A stretch of DNA of 64,000 nt from a phage: the sequence record PZ019084.1; one strand, given 5' to 3'. Made by a program: the position numbers and the translations under genes. Below the pieces are notes generated by a model. That model was not told the origin of the DNA and searched no databases. It worked only from the letters and a program-made list of their open reading frames with translations. The number at the start of each line of letters is the position of its first letter. Position 1 is the stretch's first letter. This document shows, one piece after another, positions 9,119 to 18,239 of this stretch.

Positions 9119-10055
9119 ATTTAAATTGTTCAGTAACGTCTTCAACTACTTCGTATTGGCAGGTACGCATTTTAGCATCGTTGTAATCAATCGGAATTGA
9201 TACTACATCGCGAGGATGTACTTTAACTTTTACAACTCGGCTGGTTGAACTGCCAAAGTGACGAATATAAGATTTAGAACACACATGCAGACCACGAGAA
9301 CAAGTTTGTGTATCATCGTCATTCACACGAGTACGTGGCATTTTAACTACTTTACCAGGACTGTTATCAAAAGTATTTGAATGGCAGTCAAAGTAATTGC
9401 TGCGAACTACTTTCCAGGCATAGAAGTAGCCGTCTTCTGTAATTTCAATATCGTTTGCTACCAAGAAATCAAAGAGTCGAGATACCGCTTTTTGGCTCGG
9501 GTTTTCTAACAGATTTTCCAAGAACGGAAAATAAAATTCAAAGTTTTCGCCTTTTTCCATCGAATCGAGAATACGATCAACTAAACCAGATCGCAATTCA
9601 ATATTTTGATAGAACAAGCTTCCACCTTCAATTCGAACATCACCGGAAATATATTTTTCAACAGCGCGACGAACGTTAATTTTTTGCGCCGCTTCTTCCA
9701 ATTTATCTGCAACAAGCAGATTAAGAATTTCTTGGAAGTTTGAATGAGTATTAGGAGTTGCGTTATAAGTTACACCGTCAACAGTAATTGAAATGAATTT
9801 TTTAGATGCATTCCAAATAATGTCAGATTTAGCAACTGGAGCAATAGCTGCATCGCTCTTAACTGTAACTGTAATGTCACCGCTAATGGTAACTTTGGAG
9901 CGCTCAGCTTCTTCAGCATTTTTCAAAACACGACGGATTGTGTCCACCGATACACCTTGCCAATCAGCCAATTCCTGTTGGGTGTAATTACCACTTGAAT
10001 ACAGTTTGACAATTTCAGCTTGTTCGTTTTTGGTCAGGCATTTAATATTGTACAT
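9117..10055 (-). CDS. rIIB: rapid-lysis/membrane-associated protein rIIB
   Basis: 312 aa starting MYNIKCLTKNEQAEIVKLYSSGNYTQQELADWQGVS; length and order rIIA-rIIB as in T4. Confidence 0.9.
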   Translation of the reverse strand: MYNIKCLTKNEQAEIVKLYSSGNYTQQELADWQGVSVDTIRRVLKNAEEAERSKVTISGDITVTVKSDAAIAPVAKSDIIWNASKKFISITVDGVTYNATPNTHSNFQEILNLLVADKLEEAAQKINVRRAVEKYISGDVRIEGGSLFYQNIELRSGLVDRILDSMEKGENFEFYFPFLENLLENPSQKAVSRLFDFLVANDIEITEDGYFYAWKVVRSNYFDCHSNTFDNSPGKVVKMPRTRVNDDDTQTCSRGLHVCSKSYIRHFGSSTSRVVKVKVHPRDVVSIPIDYNDAKMRTCQYEVVEDVTEQFK

Positions 10056-10066
10056 AATTTTCCTTA

Positions 10067-12244
10067 TTAGGCCGCAAGGGCCTTCATAGTTTTAGCGATT
10101 TGGGAAACTTCATCATCACTTAAAGAGTTGCGATAACCGATGAAGTCGGAAACAATACGGAATTTCTTGGTAAACTCAGCAACCATTTTATCACTGTTTT
10201 TTAAAGCATTACGTGACAATTCATCAAAAAGATTAGTTACGGTCCAGATGTCATGACCGATGGTATCTTTTCCACCATTGAAATATACACCCCGCAATGA
10301 ACTAACCATATTACCAAGGCGAGTATATTCTTCGGAAACTTCATCTGTACTGAAATATTTCATCATAAAATTAAGTTCAGGATACTTAATAATTTTATCA
10401 ATATATCGCTGAGCTGAACTTGAATAACCTACATACTTATCATAATCTACATCGTCAAAAGCATCTACATATAAATCACGTAGAGTTTCAAAAATACATT
10501 GACACTGGCCGAGTTCTTTTACCTTTTTCTGCAAAAGCGGACGAATAACATAAAATTCATTAATGCCAATAATATTAGCCATACGAGTCAAAATACTCGT
10601 AGATGGATGACAAAGCGATGTAGTACCATCCATAGAGAAAATATCAGAACGATGCATATACGCTACATAACCAGTAATTTCATCTGCTTCTGACGTAAGT
10701 GTAAACAGTTCCTCTTTTTCCCAGCGCCCGTCTTTAATTTCAAACTTAAATGCAGTAGCAGCTTTAGGACGAGGAGCTGTACTTTTTACTGCCTTTGGAA
10801 TATAACTTTTAACTAAAGCTTCAATTTCTGACAAATAATGAATGTTAACTTCATCACTTTCAAACATTGCCATAATATCAGGGAGTAAATCAATCTGCGA
10901 TTCTACTTCCGGATTAATAAACAAAAGGCGTTCATTGTGATGAATATTCAAAGTGTTATTAAATTCACTATCATCTAACGCGCGTGCTAATCCACGGACA
11001 ATATTAACACGATTTTTAGTATTATCAATAACAATATTAATTTTTGTCGTATTAATACCAAACAGACGATAGCTTGATGCAACGGCTGAAGTTTCATGAC
11101 TTTGCTTAATGCGTTTCAGTCGAGGGTCAAGATTTACTTCATACACAACCCCTGCATTGCATAACTTACTGTCAGGTTCAAACATGCTCTGCATCTTTTT
11201 ATATGACAGATTTTTAGTCGTGAATTTGACTGAATTGCTAATCATATAATCTCGAGCAGAATATCCCATCTTCATCAATTCACGGTATGTATGACGAGGA
11301 GATGTAGATTCTTTAAATCGTTTTACATCTTCATTGAATGCCTTCTCACTAAGCTCTTTAACACGCTCAATAATATTTTTACGAGTACGATCATCTAGTG
11401 AAAGAGCCTCGCGCGATGGAGCAATATCAAGTGAACCCATTGGAAACTTAATATAATTCACTTCATTGCGAATGCTTAACCAATTACGGTCTCTAATAAC
11501 ACCTTCGATAGGATAAACAATGCCGCCATAGATAGCATACAATCCACCACGATCGGGCCAGTATCTTTCTGGATTTACGCCGTAATAGTCATCAAAATCT
11601 GGAAAATAATCAATTTCGCGGTCAAGACCATTAATGATAGCCAAATCTTTGAATGGTCGCATGATATAAGAAACTTCATAAGCAAAGTTTCTAAAGTCCT
11701 TTTCTTCAACTGGAACTACAATTTCAATACCAGTTTTATCGTCTGGACCCATTTCTTTTACGAATGTAGGTTTAATTTGCGGACCATCACCATCCATGTA
11801 AGCTACATAACCACGAATTTCACCTTTATGATATGAAGTAATACTAAATGTATCAGTATAACTAAACGGAGATTTAGAACCTAAACCAAATCCACCAATG
11901 AAATCATTAGATTCAGCCTTAGATGAACTAAAGTATGAATTATACAACCCAGGAGAATTATCATCACCCTGAATATCAAAATCGCTCATACCTGGACCAA
12001 AATCTCGGCAAACAAATCGCGGATCTAATCGTCCTGGAACTTGAATGATAAATTTTTCAGGATTTCCATTAAGAGCATGGGCATCAATCATGTTGGTAAT
12101 CAATTCACGGACTACTGCGCGAATCTTGTTTGTATACAAATCAGATGACAGAATTTTGAATACTTTAGGAGATGCTGTGATGCTAAATGCCTTTGATTTA
12201 GAACCATTGCCAAGAATTGTTTCTTTTTCAGTGGTGATAATCAT
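10067..12244 (-). CDS. rIIA: rIIA protein
   Basis: 725 aa, same length as T4 rIIA; GHKL-like N-terminal region. Confidence 0.9.
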   Translation of the reverse strand: MIITTEKETILGNGSKSKAFSITASPKVFKILSSDLYTNKIRAVVRELITNMIDAHALNGNPEKFIIQVPGRLDPRFVCRDFGPGMSDFDIQGDDNSPGLYNSYFSSSKAESNDFIGGFGLGSKSPFSYTDTFSITSYHKGEIRGYVAYMDGDGPQIKPTFVKEMGPDDKTGIEIVVPVEEKDFRNFAYEVSYIMRPFKDLAIINGLDREIDYFPDFDDYYGVNPERYWPDRGGLYAIYGGIVYPIEGVIRDRNWLSIRNEVNYIKFPMGSLDIAPSREALSLDDRTRKNIIERVKELSEKAFNEDVKRFKESTSPRHTYRELMKMGYSARDYMISNSVKFTTKNLSYKKMQSMFEPDSKLCNAGVVYEVNLDPRLKRIKQSHETSAVASSYRLFGINTTKINIVIDNTKNRVNIVRGLARALDDSEFNNTLNIHHNERLLFINPEVESQIDLLPDIMAMFESDEVNIHYLSEIEALVKSYIPKAVKSTAPRPKAATAFKFEIKDGRWEKEELFTLTSEADEITGYVAYMHRSDIFSMDGTTSLCHPSTSILTRMANIIGINEFYVIRPLLQKKVKELGQCQCIFETLRDLYVDAFDDVDYDKYVGYSSSAQRYIDKIIKYPELNFMMKYFSTDEVSEEYTRLGNMVSSLRGVYFNGGKDTIGHDIWTVTNLFDELSRNALKNSDKMVAEFTKKFRIVSDFIGYRNSLSDDEVSQIAKTMKALAA
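10069..10083 (-). other. GC hairpin (GCAA loop) between rIIA stop and rIIB SD
   Basis: aggccgcaagggcct abutting rIIA stop, followed on the mRNA by aataaggaaaatt ATG. Confidence 0.45.
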
Positions 12245-12254
12245 AATTTCCTCA

Positions 12255-12458
12255 TTAATTCATATTGCGTTTAATAACTTCAGCAACTTCTAGTAATTCA
12301 TCTTTAGTTGCGGTGTCGGATTGAATTTTATCTCTAATATCCTTAAAGCGGTTTTTAAACTCTTCGGCTTCTCCCATATCGAAAAAGCGTTGAATGATTC
12401 TATATTCTCGATGAACTGCTTTATCAAAAAGTTCTAAATTTACTCTATATGATTTCAT
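12255..12458 (-). CDS. hypothetical protein (rIIA.1 position)
   Basis: 67-aa ORF; early promoter immediately upstream. Confidence 0.55.
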   Translation of the reverse strand: MKSYRVNLELFDKAVHREYRIIQRFFDMGEAEEFKNRFKDIRDKIQSDTATKDELLEVAEVIKRNMN

Positions 12459-12481
12459 TTCAATATCCTCATTTGCCCAAT

Positions 12482-12514
12482 TAATTATACCACATCCTTG
12501 TGGTAAAGTAAACT
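12482..12514 (-). promoter_or_regulatory. T4-type early promoter
   Basis: minus strand GTTTAC (plus 12508-12513, overlapping gene 39 stop), 18-nt spacer, perfect TATAAT (plus 12484-12489). Confidence 0.6.
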
Positions 12515-14330
12515 ATTGGCTCATCCATTCTTTACGAAGGTCAGCATTATCTCCCATGAGCATTTCAAAAAGCTCTTTCCAGTTCTCAGGAAGTTTAACA
12601 ACATCATATACTGGGTTTTGAATCATCTCACGATATTCAGATTTTTCCAAAGAGCCAAGTCCCTTAATATAACGGATGCTATGTTTAGGTAGAGCATCCT
12701 TGACACTCTCATATTCAGCGACTGTATAAAACCATTCTTGTTTTTTACCGACCTGAGCGATGATTACAGGAGTTTTGACGAAGCGAATTCTTCCTTGATC
12801 AAACAGTTCTGGCCAATTACTAAAAAATCCGAGCAGAGAAGGATAAATGCTCCCTAGACCATCATGGTCAGCATCAGTCATAATAGCAATATTATGATAA
12901 TTCAAGTTTTCAGCTTTTTCACCAAGAACTAATCCAGTGATTGCGCAAATGTCAAACAGTTCTTTGTTTTTAAGCATATCAGCATATGACATACCCCAGC
13001 TATTAAGAACTTTACCACGCAATGGATAACCACCATGAAGTTCTTTATCACGAACATCAATAAGATATCCGATAGCGGAATCACCCTCAGTCAAGAAAAG
13101 AGTAGTGTCAGCATCTTTACCACAAAGATTCGCTTTAATATGTTTATGAACCTTAGCTTTAGAAGCCTTTTTAGCTGCTTTAGTTTCTGCTGCTTTTTCT
13201 GCCGCCAATTTACGAGCCAAGGCAGCTTCAATGATTGGCATTAAAATTGCTTCATTATTTAAAATAGCGCGTGAAATCTTTTTAGCATCAAGCTGAATAT
13301 GACTACGAATTTCACCAAAAGGAGAAGTCAAACGCTCTTTAGTCTGAGAATCAAATCGCATGTTTTTCATATCACGAACAAACATAACGATAGTCAAACA
13401 TTCTTTAACACGTGCTTTAGTTACATCAATTTTGAACTTGCGTTTGATTTGTGGAATAAGGTCTTCACAAATATCATCCATAACACAGTCAATATGATGG
13501 CCACCATTCTTAGTATGAATGTTATTGACGTATGTTAATTGACGAAAACCATCAGGTGAACGACCAACCGCAATAGAACAATTTTCTTGTTCTTGAACGA
13601 TAGCATGCTCATCATATTGGCGTGCATATTTCTTAAAATTACCCTGAACCTTTTTACCGTTAAAGGTAAATTGAATATCAGGATAAACTACTGCAAGCGT
13701 CTGGAGACGATCCAGTGTAATGTCAAGATAAACTTGAGATAGCTCATTAGTTTCAAATGACATAAAATCAGGAATGAAAGTAACACGAGTTCCTTTCCAT
13801 TTTCCAGGAATAGTTTCCCATGATTTATTTTCCATGCCATTTGAACAACGAACTACAATATTATTTTGACCGTCGCCAGTTTCACCGACAAACATCACAG
13901 AAAAAATGTTAGTTAAACTAGAACCAACACCATTCATACCGCCAGTGACGCGTTCTTTATCATCACCAAAGTTACCACCTGCTTTTGGAATAGTCCAGGC
14001 AGCAACAGGACCAGGAATTTCTTCACCAGTAGGTGTTTTAACCATCGCTTGTGGAATACCACGACCATTATCTTCAACTGTTACTTGATTGTTTTTAATA
14101 GTAACATTAATTTTATTTGCGAATTTAAACTTAGTACGAATACCTTCATCTACTGAGTTATCGATAATTTCATCAATAAGCTTAACAAGACCAGGTACAT
14201 ACTGAACACTTTCCCATTTACCAAACAGAAAGCGCTCATGCATTTCATTAGCAGAAGAGCCAATATACATGCCGCTACGCTTTTTGATATGTTCAATATC
14301 GCTCAGAATTTTAATTTCATTCTTAATCAT
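12513..14330 (-). CDS. 39: DNA topoisomerase II large subunit (GyrB-like), fused 39+60 form
   Basis: ~605 aa single ORF with ATPase N-terminus and TOPRIM C-terminus; ORF track begins one codon earlier at GTG 14333. Confidence 0.9.
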   Translation of the reverse strand: MIKNEIKILSDIEHIKKRSGMYIGSSANEMHERFLFGKWESVQYVPGLVKLIDEIIDNSVDEGIRTKFKFANKINVTIKNNQVTVEDNGRGIPQAMVKTPTGEEIPGPVAAWTIPKAGGNFGDDKERVTGGMNGVGSSLTNIFSVMFVGETGDGQNNIVVRCSNGMENKSWETIPGKWKGTRVTFIPDFMSFETNELSQVYLDITLDRLQTLAVVYPDIQFTFNGKKVQGNFKKYARQYDEHAIVQEQENCSIAVGRSPDGFRQLTYVNNIHTKNGGHHIDCVMDDICEDLIPQIKRKFKIDVTKARVKECLTIVMFVRDMKNMRFDSQTKERLTSPFGEIRSHIQLDAKKISRAILNNEAILMPIIEAALARKLAAEKAAETKAAKKASKAKVHKHIKANLCGKDADTTLFLTEGDSAIGYLIDVRDKELHGGYPLRGKVLNSWGMSYADMLKNKELFDICAITGLVLGEKAENLNYHNIAIMTDADHDGLGSIYPSLLGFFSNWPELFDQGRIRFVKTPVIIAQVGKKQEWFYTVAEYESVKDALPKHSIRYIKGLGSLEKSEYREMIQNPVYDVVKLPENWKELFEMLMGDNADLRKEWMSQ

Positions 14331-14382
14331 CACTTATCCTCGTTTGGTTTCGGGAATATTATACTCCGGTAATCATAAAGCT

Positions 14383-14400
14383 AAAGGCCCGAAGGCCTTT
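14383..14400 (-). other. GC hairpin (CGAA loop) immediately after stop of lipoprotein gene
   Basis: aaaggcccgaaggccttt. Confidence 0.4.
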
Positions 14401-14672
14401 TATTTAAAACGGATAGTCGAATCCTTGAAGAATAGACCAGAACATACAGTTCCTTCTACTTTCTGCCCGGTAGGTCCAATAGCACGAAATCCAGTATGTT
14501 GGAAATCATTTTCAGAGCAACCGAACCAATTATATCCAGTGATTTCAATATTAGTAAAACCACTTGAAGACAAAACTTTGGTTGCATTATCAGCATCAGT
14601 ACATCCTACTAAAGATACTGCTAATACTAATGCCGCGATAGAACGATTAACATATTTCATAATTTCACTCAA
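14400..14672 (-). CDS. putative lipoprotein
   Basis: 90 aa; signal peptide with lipobox LVGC (AALVLAVSLVGCTD). Confidence 0.55.
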   Translation of the reverse strand: MSEIMKYVNRSIAALVLAVSLVGCTDADNATKVLSSSGFTNIEITGYNWFGCSENDFQHTGFRAIGPTGQKVEGTVCSGLFFKDSTIRFK

Positions 14673-15036
14673 ATTTAATGGCTTGAAGAAGACTAATAAT
14701 TCTCAAGCGGCTTCTTTCATCTTTAACCGTAAAAGAAAGAGGGTCGCCAGATTTCATAGTGATGGTGCATTCAAAACTAAAATCTTCAGGAACTTCTTCG
14801 AAGAAGTCAAATTCTTCATCATATATTAGAACATTACTCTGAAAACTGTGAAGAATTTTTCCGTCATTTCCAGATGCTGTACTAATCATTGTAACATTAT
14901 TACCTTTCATATCTTCAACGATAAATTCGCTTGTAGATATTACGGCATTAATAGAACCATTCCTATAAATAGAAGAAAGCAGATATTTCTTTTCTTCACC
15001 TTCACGAACACGATATTTCTTACCGATTTTAAACAT
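14665..15036 (-). CDS. hypothetical protein
   Basis: 123-aa ORF. Confidence 0.5.
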   Translation of the reverse strand: MFKIGKKYRVREGEEKKYLLSSIYRNGSINAVISTSEFIVEDMKGNNVTMISTASGNDGKILHSFQSNVLIYDEEFDFFEEVPEDFSFECTITMKSGDPLSFTVKDERSRLRIISLLQAIKFE

Positions 15037-15038
15037 AA

Positions 15039-15215
15039 TTATCCTTTAAGTAAGTCGTAAAATCCACCATTCACATGCTTAGGAGCAGAAGGCCGACGAG
15101 TAGACAGACGATGACATTTAGGGCAAACATCATTTTCTCGTTCAGAAATCTTTTTAATTTTTTCGTATTCATGCCCGCAATCTTCGGATTGGCATTTATA
15201 ATCATACATTGGCAT
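15039..15215 (-). CDS. zinc-ribbon protein (~58 aa, below ORF-track cutoff)
   Basis: hand-translated MPMYDYKCQSEDCGHEYEKIKKISERENDVCPKCHRLSTRRPSAPKHVNGGFYDLLKG with CxxxxC...CxxC; SD aaggaa. Confidence 0.5.
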   Translation of the reverse strand: MPMYDYKCQSEDCGHEYEKIKKISERENDVCPKCHRLSTRRPSAPKHVNGGFYDLLKG

Positions 15216-15217
15216 AA

Positions 15218-15637
15218 TTATTCCTTAAAGTGTGCTTTCAACATCTGATACAAGGACCATGCCTGTTCATTATTTTCAATAGTAACTTTCATGACAGGAA
15301 ATTCTGTGAAATCTTCTATTTGTTCTTGCTCTTCCTGCTCTTGCTCTTCAGATGCCTGATATGGATTTTCAACTTCATCAAAGAACCCAGCTTCGTTAGT
15401 AGAGAGCCAGATAAAGTTTTCGTCAAGGATATCACCATGTGTTGCATATCCAACTGTGCCGGTAGATGTCACAATTTTAGTAGGACGCCCGTAATAGTCA
15501 ACATCTAAAATTTTAAAAGGTTCCATACCTAAACGTCGTGCATAGATTCCGTTATCAGTATGGTCTTTAATAAAATTTTCTTGAGCCTGTTTATTTTTAA
15601 ATTGATACCATTTATTAACTTCAAATTTAATAGCCAT
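15218..15637 (-). CDS. hypothetical acidic protein
   Basis: 139 aa with [10 protein letters not shown] acidic stretch. Confidence 0.55.
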   Translation of the reverse strand: MAIKFEVNKWYQFKNKQAQENFIKDHTDNGIYARRLGMEPFKILDVDYYGRPTKIVTSTGTVGYATHGDILDENFIWLSTNEAGFFDEVENPYQASEEQEQEEQEQIEDFTEFPVMKVTIENNEQAWSLYQMLKAHFKE

Positions 15638-15852
15638 TAATAAATTTCCTTCCAGTAAGTTGTACCGTCTTCAGTGATTTCACGGAATACACCATAAATC
15701 GGTTGTTTATCACCAACCTTTTCATACACATAAACCGAAGTCAAGTGAGTAAACTTAGCAGTGTGCTCCTTTTGAACTACTACCAAATCTGGATCGAATA
15801 ATACATCTTCAAATTCGTCATTAGTGCATTTCTGAACAGTTTTACGTTTCAT
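15637..15852 (-). CDS. hypothetical protein
   Basis: 71-aa ORF, ATGA overlap with downstream gene. Confidence 0.5.
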   Translation of the reverse strand: MKRKTVQKCTNDEFEDVLFDPDLVVVQKEHTAKFTHLTSVYVYEKVGDKQPIYGVFREITEDGTTYWKEIY

Positions 15853-16032
15853 TACAATTTCCTCATTAATTGAACAGTGGAGCGATGCGTTTCAGAAGAG
15901 TCAGTACCTTTGGCAAATTTTCCATTTTATTCTCCAAGTTGTTTTCTATATCAGTAGTTGATATTGATATAGTACCATAATCAACTACTGATGTATATAG
16001 TTTTATGAAAAAATTTTAAGCTTTATGCAAAT

Positions 16033-16452
16033 TTATGCTAAAGCTGCTTCGCACCATTTTTTAATTTGGAATTCAGGAACTACCATGAACTGGCCTGCAA
16101 AAACAATATTGTAGAGCTTGACGCCATCTTCTACCCAACGGTCCGAAATAAAACCAGCGACTTGATTCGTTGTCCATGGAGTTCCATCTGTTGCTGCCGC
16201 AATTGTGAATTTATGGTCTTTTACAACTAAAACTGAAGAACAAAGTTTCCATTTAAACGCGCTTTCTTCTGGCTCAATGAATTGGCTTGAGACATAACCA
16301 ATGTTACCATCAGCGTCACGAACTTTAACCTCGTTACGACCAAAAACTGGATCACTTACAGAAAGAACTTCAACCAGCTTTCCTGCAACTTTAGAACGAG
16401 AAGCAACGGATACATATACGTAATCACCGGTAGATAGATTTACAATATTCAT
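16033..16452 (-). CDS. MotB-like paralog
   Basis: 139 aa; N-terminal KOW-like segment and C-terminal DRWVEDGVKLYNIVFAGQF motif shared with adjacent 162-aa ORF. Confidence 0.5.
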   Translation of the reverse strand: MNIVNLSTGDYVYVSVASRSKVAGKLVEVLSVSDPVFGRNEVKVRDADGNIGYVSSQFIEPEESAFKWKLCSSVLVVKDHKFTIAAATDGTPWTTNQVAGFISDRWVEDGVKLYNIVFAGQFMVVPEFQIKKWCEAALA

Positions 16453-16468
16453 AATAATTCCTTAAACT

Positions 16469-16957
16469 TTATGCATAGAGAGCTTTGCTATAGTGTTTAA
16501 TCCAGCTTTCAGGAATGACTTTATATGTTCCTAAAAATACCACATTATACAGCTTAACACCGTCTTCTACCCACTGGTCGGTAATGTATGCACACATAGC
16601 ACGAGTATAAACAGCCGCTCCATCATCTTTGATAAATTTAAATTCACAAGGAGCAATGAACTTAATAGCCTGACCGAGTTTCCACTTAAAGTCTACACCT
16701 ACATGCGAAGTATCAATCGTTTCAATTCCTTTAGCAGGAACAGCTTTCAAAAACGCAGACTCAAGAAATTTCGCACGAACATAGCCAAACTGAGGTTTAG
16801 ACTTTCCATCTTTAGGAATGATACGCACTTTTACTTCAGAATCTTCATCTTTAACACCGTGTTTAAGCTGAATGCTTACAATTTCAACCAATTTTCCTGC
16901 TGCTTTAGAGCGGGATTTATCAGATACACGAGCTAATTCACCAATATTAATAATCAT
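16469..16957 (-). CDS. motB: MotB-like protein
   Basis: 162 aa, same length as T4 MotB; position upstream of dexA; early promoter directly upstream. Confidence 0.55.
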   Translation of the reverse strand: MIINIGELARVSDKSRSKAAGKLVEIVSIQLKHGVKDEDSEVKVRIIPKDGKSKPQFGYVRAKFLESAFLKAVPAKGIETIDTSHVGVDFKWKLGQAIKFIAPCEFKFIKDDGAAVYTRAMCAYITDQWVEDGVKLYNVVFLGTYKVIPESWIKHYSKALYA

Positions 16958-16999
16958 AGTTATCTCTCACTTGTTAAAAAGATTTTATACTCCACAGGA

Positions 17000-17032
17000 C
17001 CATTATACTCTGGTCCCAAGAGTTTGTAAACT
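17000..17032 (-). promoter_or_regulatory. T4-type early promoter
   Basis: minus strand GTTTAC (plus 17026-17031), 18-nt spacer with inverted repeat ggacca/tggtcc, TATAAT (plus 17002-17007). Confidence 0.55.
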
Positions 17033-17054
17033 ATTAATTCAAAATAGCTACTTT

Positions 17055-17738
17055 TTATCGTTTTGTTGGAAGGGATAGAGGATCGCAATCTTCCTCTGAC
17101 GGAGCATCTTCAAGACCCATAGCATATCGTAAAGCATACTTCATCATCAGGATGTCTTTCGCACAGTCATGAATAGAATCATGTGCAACGAATCCATCTA
17201 AAGTTCCCTTTGGAAGAGGACACGTGGTCATATCACGAACAAGAAGAAGTGCTTCAATTCTGGTACGAATATCACGCTGATTCCAGAATTTACATGGTTC
17301 TAACTTAAATGTGTCAAGTTCATTCTCAGAAACGCCATTAAGACGTTGAATATCGCGAATGAGATCGACTAAAATTGGAAAATCAAATGACATTCCACGG
17401 CACCAGCCTTGAGATTTCCAAGGATCGATGTTATGCGCATTGATGTAATCATTAAATTTTGCAATACCATCGATGGTGCTTACATCTTCATCTGATGGTG
17501 CAATATTTTTTCGAGCTTCAGGAGACTGATTTTTCCACCATTCAATAGTGCTTTTAGTAAAAAGACGATGTCCTTTTTGGCTTTTTAAATCAAATTTGAT
17601 TTTAATGCCACGTGAAACTAATTCATCAAATGTTTCAACTACTTCTGGATTAGGGTCAAAGGCAATAACAGCCAAATCAATAACAGCTGCTTTTTCACCA
17701 CTTCCCATTGTTTCAAAATCTATAATAAAATCAAACAT
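17055..17738 (-). CDS. dexA: exonuclease A (DEDD family)
   Basis: 227 aa, same length as T4 DexA; N-terminal DFETMG exonuclease motif. Confidence 0.85.
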   Translation of the reverse strand: MFDFIIDFETMGSGEKAAVIDLAVIAFDPNPEVVETFDELVSRGIKIKFDLKSQKGHRLFTKSTIEWWKNQSPEARKNIAPSDEDVSTIDGIAKFNDYINAHNIDPWKSQGWCRGMSFDFPILVDLIRDIQRLNGVSENELDTFKLEPCKFWNQRDIRTRIEALLLVRDMTTCPLPKGTLDGFVAHDSIHDCAKDILMMKYALRYAMGLEDAPSEEDCDPLSLPTKR

Positions 17739-18013
17739 TAAATTTTCCTCGCTAAATCGCGAATTTGACCTACAGTATAATCTTGGATATAAACTTTATT
17801 AATGGGCTCATCAATAAATTTTGCCATAGATTCAATATCTTTTTGTATCTCTTCAAGACTGTATACTATCTTTAAAGCTTTTTCGCGAATAGTAACATTA
17901 TCAGGTCCTGAATTTTCTTGGATGACAGCTTTAACATTTGTCATAAGAGATTTAAACTGATGCAAACTTAATTCAATCATTAATAACCGCCTTATAAAGA
18001 TGGCTAATTTCAC
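17738..18013 (-). CDS. hypothetical protein (dexA.1 position)
   Basis: 91-aa ORF. Confidence 0.5.
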   Translation of the reverse strand: MKLAIFIRRLLMIELSLHQFKSLMTNVKAVIQENSGPDNVTIREKALKIVYSLEEIQKDIESMAKFIDEPINKVYIQDYTVGQIRDLARKI

Positions 18014-18218
18014 CTAAAACATAATCACTGATTGTAACAGTTTTCACTTCACCGCAAAAGAATTCTAATGCAATCAAATCTCGTTCAATTTCTTCCAATT
18101 GAAGCATTAACTTGCCTGATTCAATTTTCACGTTTTTGCGATTTTTACTATAAGCTATTTCATAAATTTCGCTCACTTTATCTTGAAGTAGATAAAACTG
18201 GTCTTTAGTTATTTCCAC
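17973..18218 (-). CDS. hypothetical protein (dexA.2 position)
   Basis: 81-aa ORF. Confidence 0.5.
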   Translation of the reverse strand: MEITKDQFYLLQDKVSEIYEIAYSKNRKNVKIESGKLMLQLEEIERDLIALEFFCGEVKTVTISDYVLGEISHLYKAVIND

Positions 18219-18239
18219 GAATAGCTTCCTCGAATTTAA

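Noticed and set aside
14269-14829. 186-aa plus-strand ORF
   Set aside because: Antisense to two well-supported minus-strand genes and their intergenic hairpin; no SD; low-complexity translation; most likely a chance antisense frame.
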